Notes: generated by a model not told the origin, from the letters alone. Shown: positions 24,434 to 38,716, numbered from the stretch's first letter. The stretch is DNA of 64,000 bases from Octopus vulgaris (GCA_951406725.2 OX597815.1:187798001-187862000), one strand, 5' to 3'. Numbers and translations: made by a program.

Positions 24434-26759
24434 GTGTATGTTTGTGTATATGTATGCATCTTTTATCTTTTACTTGTTTAAGTCATTAGATTGTGGTCAT
24501 GCTGGGGCACTATCTTGAAGAATTTTTAGTTGAATGAATTGACCCTTATACTTTTTTTTAAAAAAATCTTGTACTTATTATTTTGGGCTCTTTTGCTGAA
24601 CTGCTAAGTTATGGGGATATAAACACACCAACGCCAATTGTCAAGTGGTGGTGGTGGTGGGAGGGGGGGGGGCACGGACTTCAACACACATGACAAGCTT
24701 CTTTCGGTTTCCCTCTACTAAATCCACTCACAGGGCTTTAGTCAGCCCCTAGAAGACACTCGCCCAAGGTGCTTTGCAGTGGGACTGAACCTGAAACCAT
24801 ATGGTTGGGAAGCAAGCTTCTTACCACACAGCCACGTTCGAGCCATAATTATTAATTGGCATGTCCCAGCTACTTTTGAAGTTCCTAGTAACAAAAAAAC
24901 ATTCTTAAGTTCCTTTTTTTTTTTCTCCCTTCAATAAAACCATCCAAAATTCTATGCTAAATCCTGCTTCTCTTCCGTCTTTTCACTTTGAATTTCCTAG
25001 ATATTACAAGATCTTCCAAACTGATGTCTTTTCCAGAGATCTTAACTGAAAGTAGATTGTGGTTTCATTTTTTTCCTATTAAGTCTTTCTAACTTCATCT
25101 AATACAACACACTTTTACTCATTACCCTTGTAGTCCAAGGTATTCTTTTCCCACTCCCCAATTATTATGCTCTAGTGGCCCAACAGTGATTTTCTGTTTG
25201 TTTTCCAATTATTCATGTTCCACATGCTACACCTGCGTTAGTGTCAAAGACAAGGAACCAAACTTTGGAATATTAATTTGAATTTACCTTATTTGCTTTT
25301 ATTTTGGTCCTCATAGCCATCTAATGTTCAAAAACCTTATATATTTATATGTAGATATTATTAGGAATTGTATAAAAAAACTGTTAAAACATTTTGTTTA
25401 TTGTAAAAGTGTTGCAGATAAATTTTGATAGCAAAATCTTCTGTGGACCCCCAAAAGTCATATGGACCCTGGTTGTCGATGAACAGCAAAGTTAACACTG
25501 GCATGTTTGAAACTCAGGCTATTAATAAATATCACAGATATTTTACGGAGGGGGAGCACTAAGCAGTGATAAGTGAAATGGCAATGTTATTCACCAGCCT
25601 GAATATGCTGGATTCATGTTCGAATTGGGGAACAAGCCATTCACTGCATTTTGTCACAGAGAATATATCTCACTTGTTGACAAATGGTGTGTATGCACCG
25701 AGATCAGCTCACAGCACCACCTACCTAGACTGTGAGATGCTTGCATTTCAGAGTAGTTATCTCCTCATCGTTCACAGATACTAAGCAGATGACACTATGA
25801 GCTGAATTAAGAGATTACCTCTCTTGTGCTTTTCCAGTCACCATGCAGTGACTGGCAGCACCATACGACGGCTCGCAATAAGTAAATTATGGAGGGGGAG
25901 CACTAAGCAATGATAAGTGAAATTGCAATGTTATTAGCCCTCCGAATATGCTTGATGCATGTTCGAATTGGGCAACAGGCTACACACTGTGTTTTGTCAT
26001 GGAGAACCAGCCTCGCCTTACTGGCACTTGAGCCTCATGCTAGTAGGGTGCCAAGAACACCATCCAAGCATGATCGTTGCCAAAGCGGCTGACTGGCTTC
26101 CGTGCCGGTGGCACGTAAAAGGGCACCATTTGAGCGTGATCGTTACCAGCATCGCCTTACTGGCACCTGTGCCGGTGGCATGTGTAAAAAGATTCGAGTG
26201 AGGTTGTTACCAGTACCACCTGACTGGCCCCTGTGCTGGTGGCACGAAAAACACCCACTACACTCTCGGAGTGGTTGGCATTAGGAAGGGCATCCAGCTG
26301 TAGAAACTCTGCCAGATCAAGACTGGAGCCTGGTGCAGCCATCCGGTTTGCCAGCCCTCAGTTAAATCATCCAACCCATCCTAGCATGGAAAGCGGATGT
26401 TAAACGATGATGATGATGATGATATCTCACTTTTGATAAATTTGAAAATGCACCAAGCATATTCAGACTGATAATAGCATTGCAATCACAGATATTTTGT
26501 CTTGTGTCTTACTAATTCTTCCAATCCTTTGTCTTTCAATGTGATTTTATCATCTCCTGATTTTTAATTCTCCAGACCAACCCCTCTCTAATACCATTCA
26601 ATTTCGGTTTGTTTTGTATTGTTATATCATTCTATTGCTTCATAGCTATTGCTATGATCTTAGTGTTTAGAAATAAACATACATTCTCATTCTATATACT
26701 TGGATATTCAATAGGGATTGTAAGACTTTACTTTATTCTTCTACTGTGGGAATGATATA

Positions 26760-27202
26760 CAGCAATCACTCGACTATCCCAGGTGTTACGTTCCAAAATG
26801 CCCCGGGGTGGGTGAAAATGCACGAAGTAGAAACAGTGCTGTGTATATTTTATTTTATTATTTTTATAATTTGTACATATTTATTTTATCATAAATGCAA
26901 AACAATACCACAGAGGAATCGACATAAGCTTAACCCTTTAGTATTTGAACCGGCCACATCTGGCCAAAATATTTAATCTGTTTTATGTTCAAACTAACCA
27001 GATCCAGGCTCTCACACCTACCCTACAATGTTATTCTACATTAAGTAATTACACCATCAAGATCTTGAAGATATGGGATAATGCATGATTAATTCAAATC
27101 AATGTGAATCAATAAGCATTATGTTTGATAGAATAATCTGAACACTAAAGGGTTATATAATAAACCACAATAGGTGAACTGTGATATGGCAAGAGATTAC
27201 TG
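26760..27202. mobile_element. Tigger/pogo-like MITE containing a piggyBac-like MITE (26934-27152)
   Basis: TA-CAGCAATCACTCG...AAGAGATTACTG-TA; inner element TTAA-CCCTTTAGT...ACTAAAGGG-TTAT. Confidence 0.8.
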
Positions 27203-28634
27203 TAATCTGTACAATATGGGATGTTGATGCCATTGCCACCAGAAGATATATTGCCCCAGCAAAACCTTCAATTACACTCAAAAAGTTTTTACTGAAACTA
27301 CCTGCTGTACTCCCATGTCCTTTTTTCCCTGTTATTTAATGATCACATTGTTCACTTTTATCATTTCACTTTATTCTTAATACAAGTTCTTTAATTATCC
27401 TTACTCTTTTACTTGTTTCAGTCATTTGACTGTGGCCATCCTGGAGCACTGTCTTTAGTTGAGCAAATCGACCCCAGAACTTATTCATTGTTAGCCTAGT
27501 ACATATTCTATCGGTCTCTTTTGCCGGGCCGCTAAGTTACGGGGATGTAAACACACCAGCATCGGTGGAAGAGGGGGGTACAAACACAGACACACAAACA
27601 CATACATATGTATATATACATATATACGACGGGCTTCTTTCAGTTTCCGTCTACCAAATCCACTCACAAGGCTTTGGTCGGACTGAGGCTATAGTAGAAG
27701 ACACTTGCCCAAGGTGCCACGCAATGGGACTGAACCCGGAACCATGTGGTCCATAAGCAAGCTACTTACCACACAGCCCCTCCTATGCCTAGTACCCTTG
27801 GATACTTTCTGTAAATATCTCATCTTCAAGTCTTACTTCAAGTCTTACATAGGCATACATCTTTTTTGAGTTCTAATGACTGTTTCATTGATGTTTTGAA
27901 GATGTTGGTATTGTTTAGCCGATGGTCTTCATTGGTTGACCCTATGTTCAAAGGTATTGCAGTTGTAACTATCTCATGTTTTTGTATATTTCTAACTATA
28001 TCATCCAACATGCACTTAACTTTCTAAAATGTTTGAATGTGAATTTTGGCAGCTATTTCTAAGTGGTCAAATGACTACAAAGATTTTACCTCAATGGGTT
28101 AGGTTAGTAATGTTGTATAGCCCCAGGTCAGCCCTGATTGAGGAGGTCTGTAATTAAATATGTTCCAGCTGTGACCATCTTGTTTTTATGTACGTGATCA
28201 TTGCCAGAGCGGCTATCTGGCCTCCGTGCTGGTGGCACGTAAAAGACACCATTTGAGCGTGATCGTTACCAGCATCACCTTACTGGCACCTGTGCCGGTG
28301 GTATGTGTATGGCCACAGTCTAATAACTGAAAGTAGTAAAAGATTAAAAATATATATTTATGAAATATATATCTATGAATAAAATAAGTAAAAGAGAATG
28401 AATATATGTATGTTTGTGTATATATATATATATTTTACTCTTTTACTTGTTTCAGTCATTTGACTGCGGCCATGCTGGAGCACCGCCTTCAGTCGAGCAA
28501 ATCAACCCCAGGACTTATTCTTTGTAAGCCTAGTACTTATTCTATCGGTATCTTTTGGCGAACCGTTAAGTTATGGGGACGTAAACATACCAGCATTGGT
28601 TGTCAAGCAATGGCAGACACACAAACATATACAC

Positions 28635-28667
<33 letters not shown>

Positions 28668-31632
28668 CAACAGGCTTCTTTCAATTTCCGTCTACCAAAT
28701 CCACTCACAAGGCTTTGATCATCTCGAGGCTGTAGTAGAAGACACTTGCCCAAGGTGCCATGCAGTGGGACTGAACCCAGAAACATGTGGTTGGTAAGCA
28801 AGCTACTTACCATACAGCCACTCCAGAGATTAATTTATCAATTAATCAACATATTCACCAACAATTGTTTCATTTCACAAACAAAATTAGAATTACAAAA
28901 CATATAATATAAATATATGATTTTGCATTTTAAATACCTTGTAAGGAAGATCAACAGGGTGTGCAGAGGACAATGAGGATTACATTAGGATGCTTTTGGA
29001 ATATACAGAATAAACATGTTTACTATGTATGTATACATGTGTGTCACATGTATCCATTAGATTTCTCTGTTTTCTTACTCGATAAAATTGTCTGATATTT
29101 TATGATATTCTATATAATATCTTCATTGAAGAAATATCTCTTCAAAATATTATATATATTAAACCAGTATATCTTGGATAGATATCCCTATAAGAGGTTT
29201 GAATATCCTCATTGTGACTATATATATTCTTTTATTCTTTTACTTGCTTCAGTCATCTGACTGTGGCCATACTGGAGCACCAGCTTTAATTGAACAAATT
29301 GACCCCAGGTAAGCCTAGTATTTATTCTATCGGTTACTTTTTTTGCCAAACTGCTAAGTGACGGGGACGTAAACACAGCAACAGCAGTTGTCAAGCGATG
29401 GTGGGGGACAAACAGACATACACATACACCCATATATATATGACAGGCTTCCCTCAGTTTCCATGTATCAAATCCATTCACAAGGCTTTGGTCAACCCAA
29501 GGCTATAGTAGAAGGCACTTGCCCAAAGTGCCACGCAGTAGGACTGAACCTGGAACCATGCGGTTGAGAAACAAGCTTTTTACCACACAGCCACTCCTGT
29601 GCCTACATAGCCGCGCCTGCATCTATATATATATATATAATGTATATACTTTTCATATACAAATCAATAAATATAGGTTAGAAATTCTAAGTTTCATTTT
29701 TATGCAACCTTACAAACCGTAAAGTATTAAAAAAATAAACTGAGAGCAATTAAAAGAGAAACAGAAGGAAAGACGTGGTCAAGTTTTCATACCTCAAAGT
29801 GTGAGAAACGACTGAAGGAAAATTTCCCAAATTCTATAAAACAATGGAATGCATATGAAACCTACAATTTATATTGTTTGATAGATACTTTCAGAACATC
29901 TAATGACATAGGAAACAGCAAACAGCTTCATGATATACAATGGAATATACTATTATATATATATATAAATGAATATATATGCATATATACATGTGTATGT
30001 TTATATATATGAAAGCAACTCCTGTAAAAAAAATGTATGAAGTATTTGTTAAAATAGGAAAAAGAAAATTGTTTTCAACAAAGCAAGTATAAAACGATTA
30101 TATTTGTTATACACAATAGATTAACGTAAGATAGAGTTAGGGCACAAAAAGATGAATAAAGACATAAATCAGTCAAAAAGGAAACACTTTATAACACACA
30201 CACACACACACATATATATATTATGTGGAAATAGTTATAAAATATTTTCTAAGTTCCAGTGAAACTCTCCTCCGGCCTTCAGTAATATTGAGTTTTAAGA
30301 AAAAAGGATGAGGAAAAAATAAATAAATGTAAAAAATTGTTAAGTTTTAGTTTTGATATTTTTTTTTTTGTTTTGTTACATGTTGTTCATAAAATGTATT
30401 CTACGTTTTAACGGTTATATTTTTCTAAAAGAAAGAAAGGAAAAAAAAACCACCCAAAACAAACAAACAACAATAACAAACAATGGAAATATATGAAAAT
30501 ATTCTTCTTGACTGAGTTTAGTTATTTGCCACTTGAATTACATTGCTAACACATATGGAATGAAAGCAAAATGAGAAGAAGAAGAAGAAGAAGAAGAGTA
30601 ATGCTGGTTTGCTTTTTATCTTTTATTACTTCTTGCTCGTCTGAGAAACAGATTTAACTAAAAGCTACAAAATTACAGTGGAATGAGGTTGCTGTCTAGT
30701 CTAGTAATTTTTCATTGTAGTAAGTCTTTCCTCTCAGACTAATAACAAAACTATCTCTTAAAGAACAGTGACAAATTATTATAGCTTTTAATAGTTATAA
30801 AAGCATTGGGAATATTTTATTGTAAACTGATTGCTCTGGAATAATGATTGTGCTAATTTAGAGGCAAATTATAGAAATAGAAAACTTATAAACAATTATC
30901 TTTAATTTTCTGAAATGGTTAATTTATACTAAATTTAAGACTTTAGTCGAACCACTGTTGAGACAGTAAATAAGTTAATGCACACACACACACACTCATA
31001 CACACACATACAAAATATAATGTAGTGCTTAAAGTTTAATGTGGTCTGTATGACCATGCAGGGTGGTAAGGAGTGCATATGACCCCTGTAGGGTCCATAT
31101 AAGATTTTGTTAAATTTATGTGCAATAAATTGGTTTTAATTTTACAATGCACAAAAATATTTTAACGAAGCTTTATACGATTCCTAATAATATTTAATTA
31201 CAAAAAAGGCAGTGAGCTGGCAGGATCGTCAGCACGCCAGGTGAAATGCTAAAAGGTATTTAGTCTGTCTTTACGTTCTGAGTTCAAATTCCGCCGAGGT
31301 CAACTTTGCCTTTCATCCCTTTGGGGTCGATAAACTAAGTGCCAGTTGCATACTGGGGTTGATTTAATCGACTGGACCCCTTCCCCGAAATTTCGGGCCT
31401 TGAGCCTAGGGTAGAAAAGGATATCTAATTACTAAAAATATAATATATGATGAGGGCCCACTTGAGTAAAACTGGAATCAAAGGGGTCCTTAGGTAGATC
31501 ATGGTTGAGAAACACTGGCCTAAGCTGTGTCTCCAGCTTACACCTTGATCTGTGAATCTTTTTGATGTAACAACTAAATCGATGAAGCACTTGTTTTCAC
31601 TGTAAAGCATCTCGTTATCACATGTATGGTGT

Positions 31633-31965
31633 AGGCACTTGGCTCAGTGGTTAGAGCATCAAGCTTACAATCGTGAGGTTGTGAGTTTGATTCCTGGACC
31701 GGGCTGTATGTTGTGTTCTTGAGCAAGACACTTAATTTCACGCGACTCCAGTTCACTCAGCTGTATCAGCCCCTTTGCCTTTCCCTTGGATAATGTTGGT
31801 GGCATGGAGAGGGGAGGCTGATATGCATGGGTGACTGCTTGTCTTCTATAAAAGCAACCCTAGGTTGTGCATTCGCTGGTGAGGTGACTTTCTGCCCGGA
31901 CTTGTACCCCAGAGGGGAACCTCTCAGGTGCACCCATGGCCATTCGTGACCAACAGAGTGAAGTT
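31633..31965 (+). mobile_element. tRNA-headed SINE family C
   Basis: Head GGCACTTGGCTCAGTGGTTAGAGC...GAGTTTGATTCC; core TGTTGTGTTCTTGAGCAAGACAC...CCAGTTCACTCAGCTG. Related heads and cores at about 3730-3968(-), 20080-20390(+), 45170-45480(-), 46010-46275(-), 55683-55960(+) and 60640-60960(-). Confidence 0.8.
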
Positions 31966-32084
31966 TATAACATGTATAACTTAGATATGTCTCAACCAAA
32001 AATTGACCAAGGCCATGTCTAACATAATAGCACCATCTGATAGGATTTTTTAAAACCTTTTTAAGTCAAGTTTTGTGGTATCAT

Positions 32085-32360
32085 GGCCCATATGAGTAGG
32101 GAGTTCTTGTTGACGGAGTTGTATCCAGGTTTAGGTGGCTTATCTGGTATCCCTTAAAGAAATTTGTCCAGATTCTGTTTAAAGGTGACAAGGTCTTTTT
32201 CCTCTTTGATTTGTTTTGGAACAATGTTAAACAGGGCAGGGCTTGTTGGGGAAAAGATATTGTGTTGCAGTGTATTTATATGTTGTGATCCTGAATTGGG
32301 TAGGGGATGTATGGCCAGTGGTCCTAGCCTTGGATGAATTCTGAAACTAATTTTAAGGTC
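32085..32360 (-). pseudogene. CR1-like LINE ORF2 C-terminal fragment
   Basis: Minus strand reads PALFNIVPKQIKEEKDLVTFKQNLDKFL*GIPDKPPKPGYNSVNKNSLLIWA (the LFN.LP, FK..LD and IPD.P..NSL pattern). Confidence 0.7.
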
Positions 32361-34254
32361 ATAATATTTGTCTTATTTAGATTTCTGCTTGTTGACCAGT
32401 TTCATTTCTTAAAACCTTCTATGGAAAATAATCTAATGCTATTTACTTTATTTTCTTCATTTAATACATTTTCTGGCAGCCAGAGTAACATTAACTCTTT
32501 TGATACGAACCCAACTGAAACTGGCTCTGGCTCCAAGTACAAATGTCTTGCTTATATAAGTTTTGAATTAAAATCTTCCACCAAACCTTAGTCACAATTT
32601 ATGTTCCTAACACTAGCTAAATGATAACTAAGTTATTTTACTAAATTCTTTGTCATATTTAAAATTAATTGTTCTGTCACCAGTTTCAACACATAATTTT
32701 TCTCAGTTCTTGTGGCCCCCAAATGCCATTCCTCTGAATTATTTTTTTTCCTGCCCATGTTTTATGACAATCATTGACCTCTTGCTATAAACCACATCAG
32801 TCTCATCAATCTTAAAGCCTGCAAAGCTTATAGGGGGCAGCCCCTTCACCCACATAGCTTCAATATTCTGGATTAATGTAGTCTCTGTTGATTTTGGAAA
32901 TGGAGAAATGTTTCAGCTTTCTATGTTCTTCTTCTTCTTAAAGTATTTACCTTTGTTGTAATGTGTTGACAGGAAACAATATTCTCTATGAATATCTATA
33001 CTTATTTTGTCTCAGTATCTTTTATCTTTTACTTGTTTCAAATATTAGACTGTGGCCATGCTGGGGCACTGCCTTGAAGAACATTTCATTGAATGAGCCA
33101 ATCCTAGAATGTATTTTTTTAAAGCCTAGTACTCATTCTGTTGGTCTGTTTTGTGGAATCACTAAGTTACAGGGATGTAAACATTATCACCAGTTGTCAG
33201 GCAGTGATCAGGGACAAAAGAACACACATACACACATACATATATACAATGAGCTTTCAGTTTCCATCTGGCCGATGCCAGCGCCGCCTTGACTGGCTTC
33301 CATATCGGTGGCATGTAAAAACCACCGACCGATCGTGGCCATTGCCAGCCTCCCTTGGCACCTGTGCTGGTGGCACATAAGAAGCACCATCCGTACGTGG
33401 TCGATGCCAGCACCACCTTGACTGGTTTCCCCTGGCACGTAAAAGCACCAACTGATTGTGGCCATTGCCAGCCTCCCCTGGCACCTGTGCCGGTGGCACA
33501 TAAAAAGCACCAACTGATCGTGGTGTTGCCAGCCTCCCCTGGCACCTGTGCCAGCGGCACGTAAAAAGCACCCACTACACTCATGGAGTGGTTGGCATTA
33601 GGAAGGGCATCCAGCTGTAGAAACACCACCAGATCAGACTGGAGCCTGGTGCAGCCTCCTGGCTTCCCAGACCCCGGTCAAACTGTCCAACTCATACTAG
33701 CATGGAAAACGGACGTTAAACGATGATGATAATGATGATGATGATGAAATCCACTGAGAAGGATTTGGTCAGGCTGAGTCTATAGTGGAAAACACTTGGC
33801 TAAGGTGCCATATGGTGGGACTGAACCCAGAACTATGTGGTTGAGAAGTAAACTTCTTACCACACAGCCATGAAGTATATTTGATGTGAAAACATAGAAG
33901 CAAAAGAATTCTGTTAAATATATATATTTATTTTTTCTTGTTAGTTATTTTACTGGTCTCAGGTTGGAACTATTTGACAGGGGATCTGGTGGGTGGGGCA
34001 ACTCCAAGGGTTTAATTTGATCATATTTGAACCCAATACTTATTTCAGTCTAATATATATTTTATCAATCTCTATTTATCACATGGTTAATATATAATAA
34101 TATATAATTTTTTATATATTAATAACATACTACCACTTAAAGTAATATTTGTTTTACAGGTGTTAAATTCAAATCAGTGTGTGACTGATAAATTTAATGT
34201 CATCATCTCAATTTTACATTAGTAATGAAAGGAACTATTTATCTGACTAAATTA

Positions 34255-35484
34255 TTAGGTTGAGGAAAAAGTTTGTGCGCCGTGTTAAAATGATACTTTT
34301 ATATATATTTTTGTGGGGTGTGTGTGTGTGTTCATATAGTCCATGTCATGTTCAATGGTGACTCATTGAGTTTGTCAAAAATGTGCTTTGTTTCAACAAG
34401 ACAATGCAAAGCTGCATACCACTAGAAAGACCAGCAACAAGATTGAAGAATTGAATGGTGTGGAAGTTCTGCCACATCCAGCCTGTAGTCCAGATGTTGC
34501 TCCATCTGATTAAGGTCCCTTTCGATCGATGCAGCACTTTATGAAAGGTCGCCAATTTGAGTCATTCGATGAAGTTGCAGAAGCCTGTCAAGAACTTTTC
34601 AATTCAAAGCTGAAGGACTGATACTTTGACCAAATCCAAAAGCTTGCAGAGTTTAAAATCTTATGAGAGTTCAAAATATCTCGTGGAAGCGTCATCCAAC
34701 CAAAGTACAAATATATGGGAAATTACCACCTGTATTATCTCTTGTGAAAGGTAGAAGAGTCCAGTTTGCTGGACACTGTTATAGAGCTGAAAACGAGGTA
34801 ATTTCTACTCTTCTCCTCCGGAAGCCATCTACTCACGATACCAGAGGGCACACACTCTCCTACCCTAATTTAATCTCCAAGGATACAGGCATCTAGCAAC
34901 AGAACCTCCGTAATGCTATGATGGACCGTGAAGTCTGGTGTAACATAGTAAATTCCATTCTCTCGACTACGGTCGAACAATGAGAATGACTCTTTCACTT
35001 GTTTCAGTCATTTGACTGCAGCCATGCTGGAGCACCGCATTTAGTCGAGAAAATCGACCCCAGGACTTATTCTTTGTAAGCCTAGTAATTATTCTATTGG
35101 TCTGTTTTGCTGAACTGCTAAGTTACGGAGACATAAACACACCACCATCAGTTGTCAAGTGATGTTGGGGGGACAAACACAAACACACAAAGATATACAC
35201 ATATACGACGGGCTATTTTCAGTTTCCTTCTACCAAATCTACTCACAAGGCTTTGGTCAGCCCAAGGCTATAGTAGAAGACACTTGCCCAAGGTGCCATG
35301 CAGTGTGGCTGAACTCAGAACCATGTGGTTGGTAAGCAAGCTAATTACCACACAGCCACTCCATTAGCGGAAGGTCATGGAAAATGATGGCCTTTATTTT
35401 GAATAATAGTTTTTGTTTTTAAATAAATTCTTGCATAAAAATTCATTATTTTAATATGGCACACAAACCTTTTCCTGAACCTAG
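34255..35484 (+). mobile_element. Internally deleted mariner element interrupted by a LINE 3' end and a SINE
   Basis: TIRs TA-TTAGGTTGAGGAAAAAGTTTGTG / CACAAACCTTTTCCTGAACCTAG-TA. Reads FQQDNAKLH...LPHPACSPDVAPSD*GPFRSMQH...QKLAE and resumes as RKVMENDGLYFE* after about 35366. Confidence 0.85.
34651..34985 (+). pseudogene. Second RTE-like LINE family, 3' fragment
   Basis: MRVQNISWKRHPTKVQIYGKLPPV...RRVQFAGHCYRAENEVIS...AMMDREVW. Confidence 0.7.
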
Positions 35485-35715
35485 TATTTTGGTGTAAACA
35501 TCAGTGCCAGCATAACATAAGCTGGGCAGGTATTTTTATCTTTTCCATTTCCTGCCATTTAGTTCCTCCTTGGATGGTTCCAGGGGTTTGTCAGTTTCTC
35601 TATATAAAAGGACAGCTTAGCCTCTCATTACTCAATCCTTCTCCATTTTTGGAGAAAAAGACACTATATGTTGTCCCCCCTCCCACAATCTTTTTCATGG
35701 TACAACAGCTAATAC

Positions 35716-35746
<31 letters not shown>

Positions 35747-36554
35747 AAGTAATCTAGTACTTGGTTAGCAAATTATCAATATCATGAGGGAAAATTAAAG
35801 TTGCACCTGGTAGGTTTTGAACTCATGGCATCAAGTGCTGAAACAAATACTACATGGTATATATGTATGCAGGTATGTATGTATGTAGCCAACATGTTTT
35901 CACACAGTTTGCATCTACGATGTACACCTCATGAGGCTTTACTTAACCCAAGGGCCTGGTAGAACACCCTTGTCTCAGGTACCACTGCCGTGAAATTGAA
36001 CCCAGAACCACTTGATTGCAGAACTAACACCTTAAGCACACAGCCATGCTCTCACACATTCACTTGTCGTTGGCAACAACACAGGCAAAGTGCATCGCTC
36101 GTTCGCTAATAACTTTAAAGCAAAATCTGTAGCCGTCCTATTGATTGGATACCTTGTGTGAACTTAGTGTACAATGCATCTTTGCCAATACAAAGAAATT
36201 CCATCTGGCATCCATGTCCCGAGTATATGAGATTTCTCAGGATATAACATACTTGAGATGCCAAAGCATTTCAGGAATTTGTTAGTCTCTCTCTGTTCTT
36301 CCAAGGAATTTGCAGGATAGGCTGGAGACAACACAGGTCAAAATTAATTCCCTGTTCGACAGAAATGTTGTGAATATATAAGCTTGCTAATATATTTGCA
36401 GGATAGGAGTTTGCCATACAATATACTATAGTGTCCCTTTTTTTTATTTATATTAGACATTTTGGTCATTCTGCTGTTTATTTATTTATTGATTTTTTTT
36501 TTAAGTATTGAACTGCAAAAGTTTGATCTACAAGCATAATGATATTATTTAAAT

Positions 36555-36863
36555 ATATATATATATCCACACACATATATACATACACACGCACATATAT
36601 ATATAGATACACACACACATATATATATACACATATATAAATAAGGCTTTCCTATTTGGAAGCCTCTTATTATATACACACATATATGTATATACACATA
36701 CATACACATTTTTATATATACATATAAATACATACAGACATATATACATTTATATACATACATATGTATGTATATATATATATACATGTATGTATATATA
36801 CACATGTATGTATATACACATGTATGTATATATATACACATGTATGTATATATATATATACAC

Positions 36864-36895
<32 letters not shown>

Positions 36896-37262
36896 ATATA
36901 TATATACACACATGTATGCATATATATATATACATGTATGTATATATGTGTATATATATACATGTATATATACATGTACATGTATATATATACATACGTG
37001 TATATATATATACATACATGCATGTACATACGTACATGCATGCTTGTACGTACATGTATGTATGTACGTACTTACATGCATGTATATATATATACATACA
37101 TGTATGTATGTATGTATGTACGTACATGTATGTACGTACATGCATGCATGTACGTACATGTATGTACGTACATGCATGCATGTACGTACATGTATGTACG
37201 TACTTACATGCATGTATGTACGTACATGCATGTATGTATGTACGTATGTACATACATGTATG
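36555..37262. repeat. ~700-bp compound alternating purine-pyrimidine satellite
   Basis: (TA)n/(TACA)n grading into TACATGTA, CATG and CGTACG units, with a short unique break at about 36640-36670. Confidence 0.95.
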
Positions 37263-37412
37263 TTCAATTAAAACCCTTCAAGGCAGTGCTCCAGCATGGC
37301 TGCAGTCAAATGAGTGAAACAAGTAAAATAATAAAATATATAAATATATAGAAACAAACTTTGGAAGTATCGACATTTTATAAACATTATAATATATATG
37401 TATGTGTATATA

Positions 37413-38716
37413 CAGGGTGCAGTAAATATATCGTCTAAATTACACAAAAATGACATTGACATCTCATTTTAACATATATATTTACCAAAATTGACATCTC
37501 CTTTTAACAGATATATTTACCAAAATTACATAAAAATATCTTGAAATACTAAATAAATTTATTCAATAAAAATCACCATTAGCTTCAAACATAGCCTCCA
37601 GACAACTTTGAAATGTCTGGCAACTCTTCTGAATGGTCTCCTTGTTTAAGTTGGTCAATGCTGCCATAATCGTTGCCTTCAGTTCATCTTTGGTGTTACA
37701 AGGAGTTTTGTTGGTCTCTCGCTCAACTGTGCCCCACACATAATAATCAAGGATTTGCAGTCTGGAGAGTTAGATGGCCAGATGTTAGAGGTGATGTGGT
37801 TGCAGAAATTGTCTAACAGCCATGTCTGGATTCTGCTGCTTGTGTGGCAGAGTGCCAGACATAGTGTCTTCCTGCAGTCACTCTCTTGACCCAGGGCAGC
37901 ACACCTCCTCCAGGCACTGCATGAAGGCCTCTGTGTTGAGTCTGAGGCCGTATGAGAAGATGAATGGAGGTTTAATGTCGCCATCACAAGTGATCACTTC
38001 AGACACTATGATGTTGACTGGATGTTGGATTTTAATCACTCTTGGTACATGTTTTGGGGACATGGCAAGCCAACGGTTGTTCTGTGTGTTCACCGTCTGA
38101 TCCTGGCAGAAAGTTTTCTCGTCTGAAAAATACCAAAGCATGTTCAGTTGGAGTGGTTGCTTGAGTTTGTTCAAAAGCGTTGTAGTGCAGTCTTTCCTCT
38201 TGCCCTTGATGGCTTGGGATAAAAATTGGCCCTTTCTCATCTTGTATGAGGAATACCGAATGTCTTCATGCACTCTGATGATAAATTCAGACACTCCCAT
38301 GTCCCTGGTTATGGGCCTGATTGTCTTGGAAGGATCATTGTTAATCATGGCTTGGATATTACCAACAAGTTCAGGAGTTCTTTTCTTAGAATGATCAGAA
38401 TGAGTTTTCCAAGCTGCCATACCTTTGTAATCACCATTAGACTCATCCAACTCTTTCCGAATCCACTGCACTGTTCTCAGATTGACACCTAAACACTCTG
38501 AAATATTTGTATTGGAGCTTCCATTATGAATGCCAAGCAGTACAGAATGTTGTTTTTAAATTTCTAGTTTAGTAAATTGCATCATGGTGCTGTTTTTCTC
38601 ACAGATGGTGCCCAACTGACCCTACTATACTGTGTAGTCAGTAAAATCAAAAACAAACAATGCACATGCACAAAATTAAAAGTATGAAATGGTGACAATT
38701 TACCCACCACACCCTG
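37413..38716 (-). mobile_element. Near full-length decayed Tc1/mariner transposon (maT/DD37D-like)
   Basis: Diverged TIRs CAGGGTG...; minus-strand transposase with WYFSDEKTFCQDQTVNTQNNRW and CHTSSRIQTWL...WPSNSPDC; several frameshifts. Confidence 0.85.

Noticed and set aside
31633-31705. tRNA-like sequences with A and B boxes at SINE 5' ends
   Set aside because: No complete cloverleaf, and each continues into a SINE core, so they are SINE heads rather than tRNA genes.
36545-37351. Long ORFs rich in Y/I/C/V/H/T/M, also at 5050-6549, 24179-24518, 38582-38997 and 59709-60192
   Set aside because: They are translations of (TA/CA/TG)n microsatellites that lack stop codons by composition.
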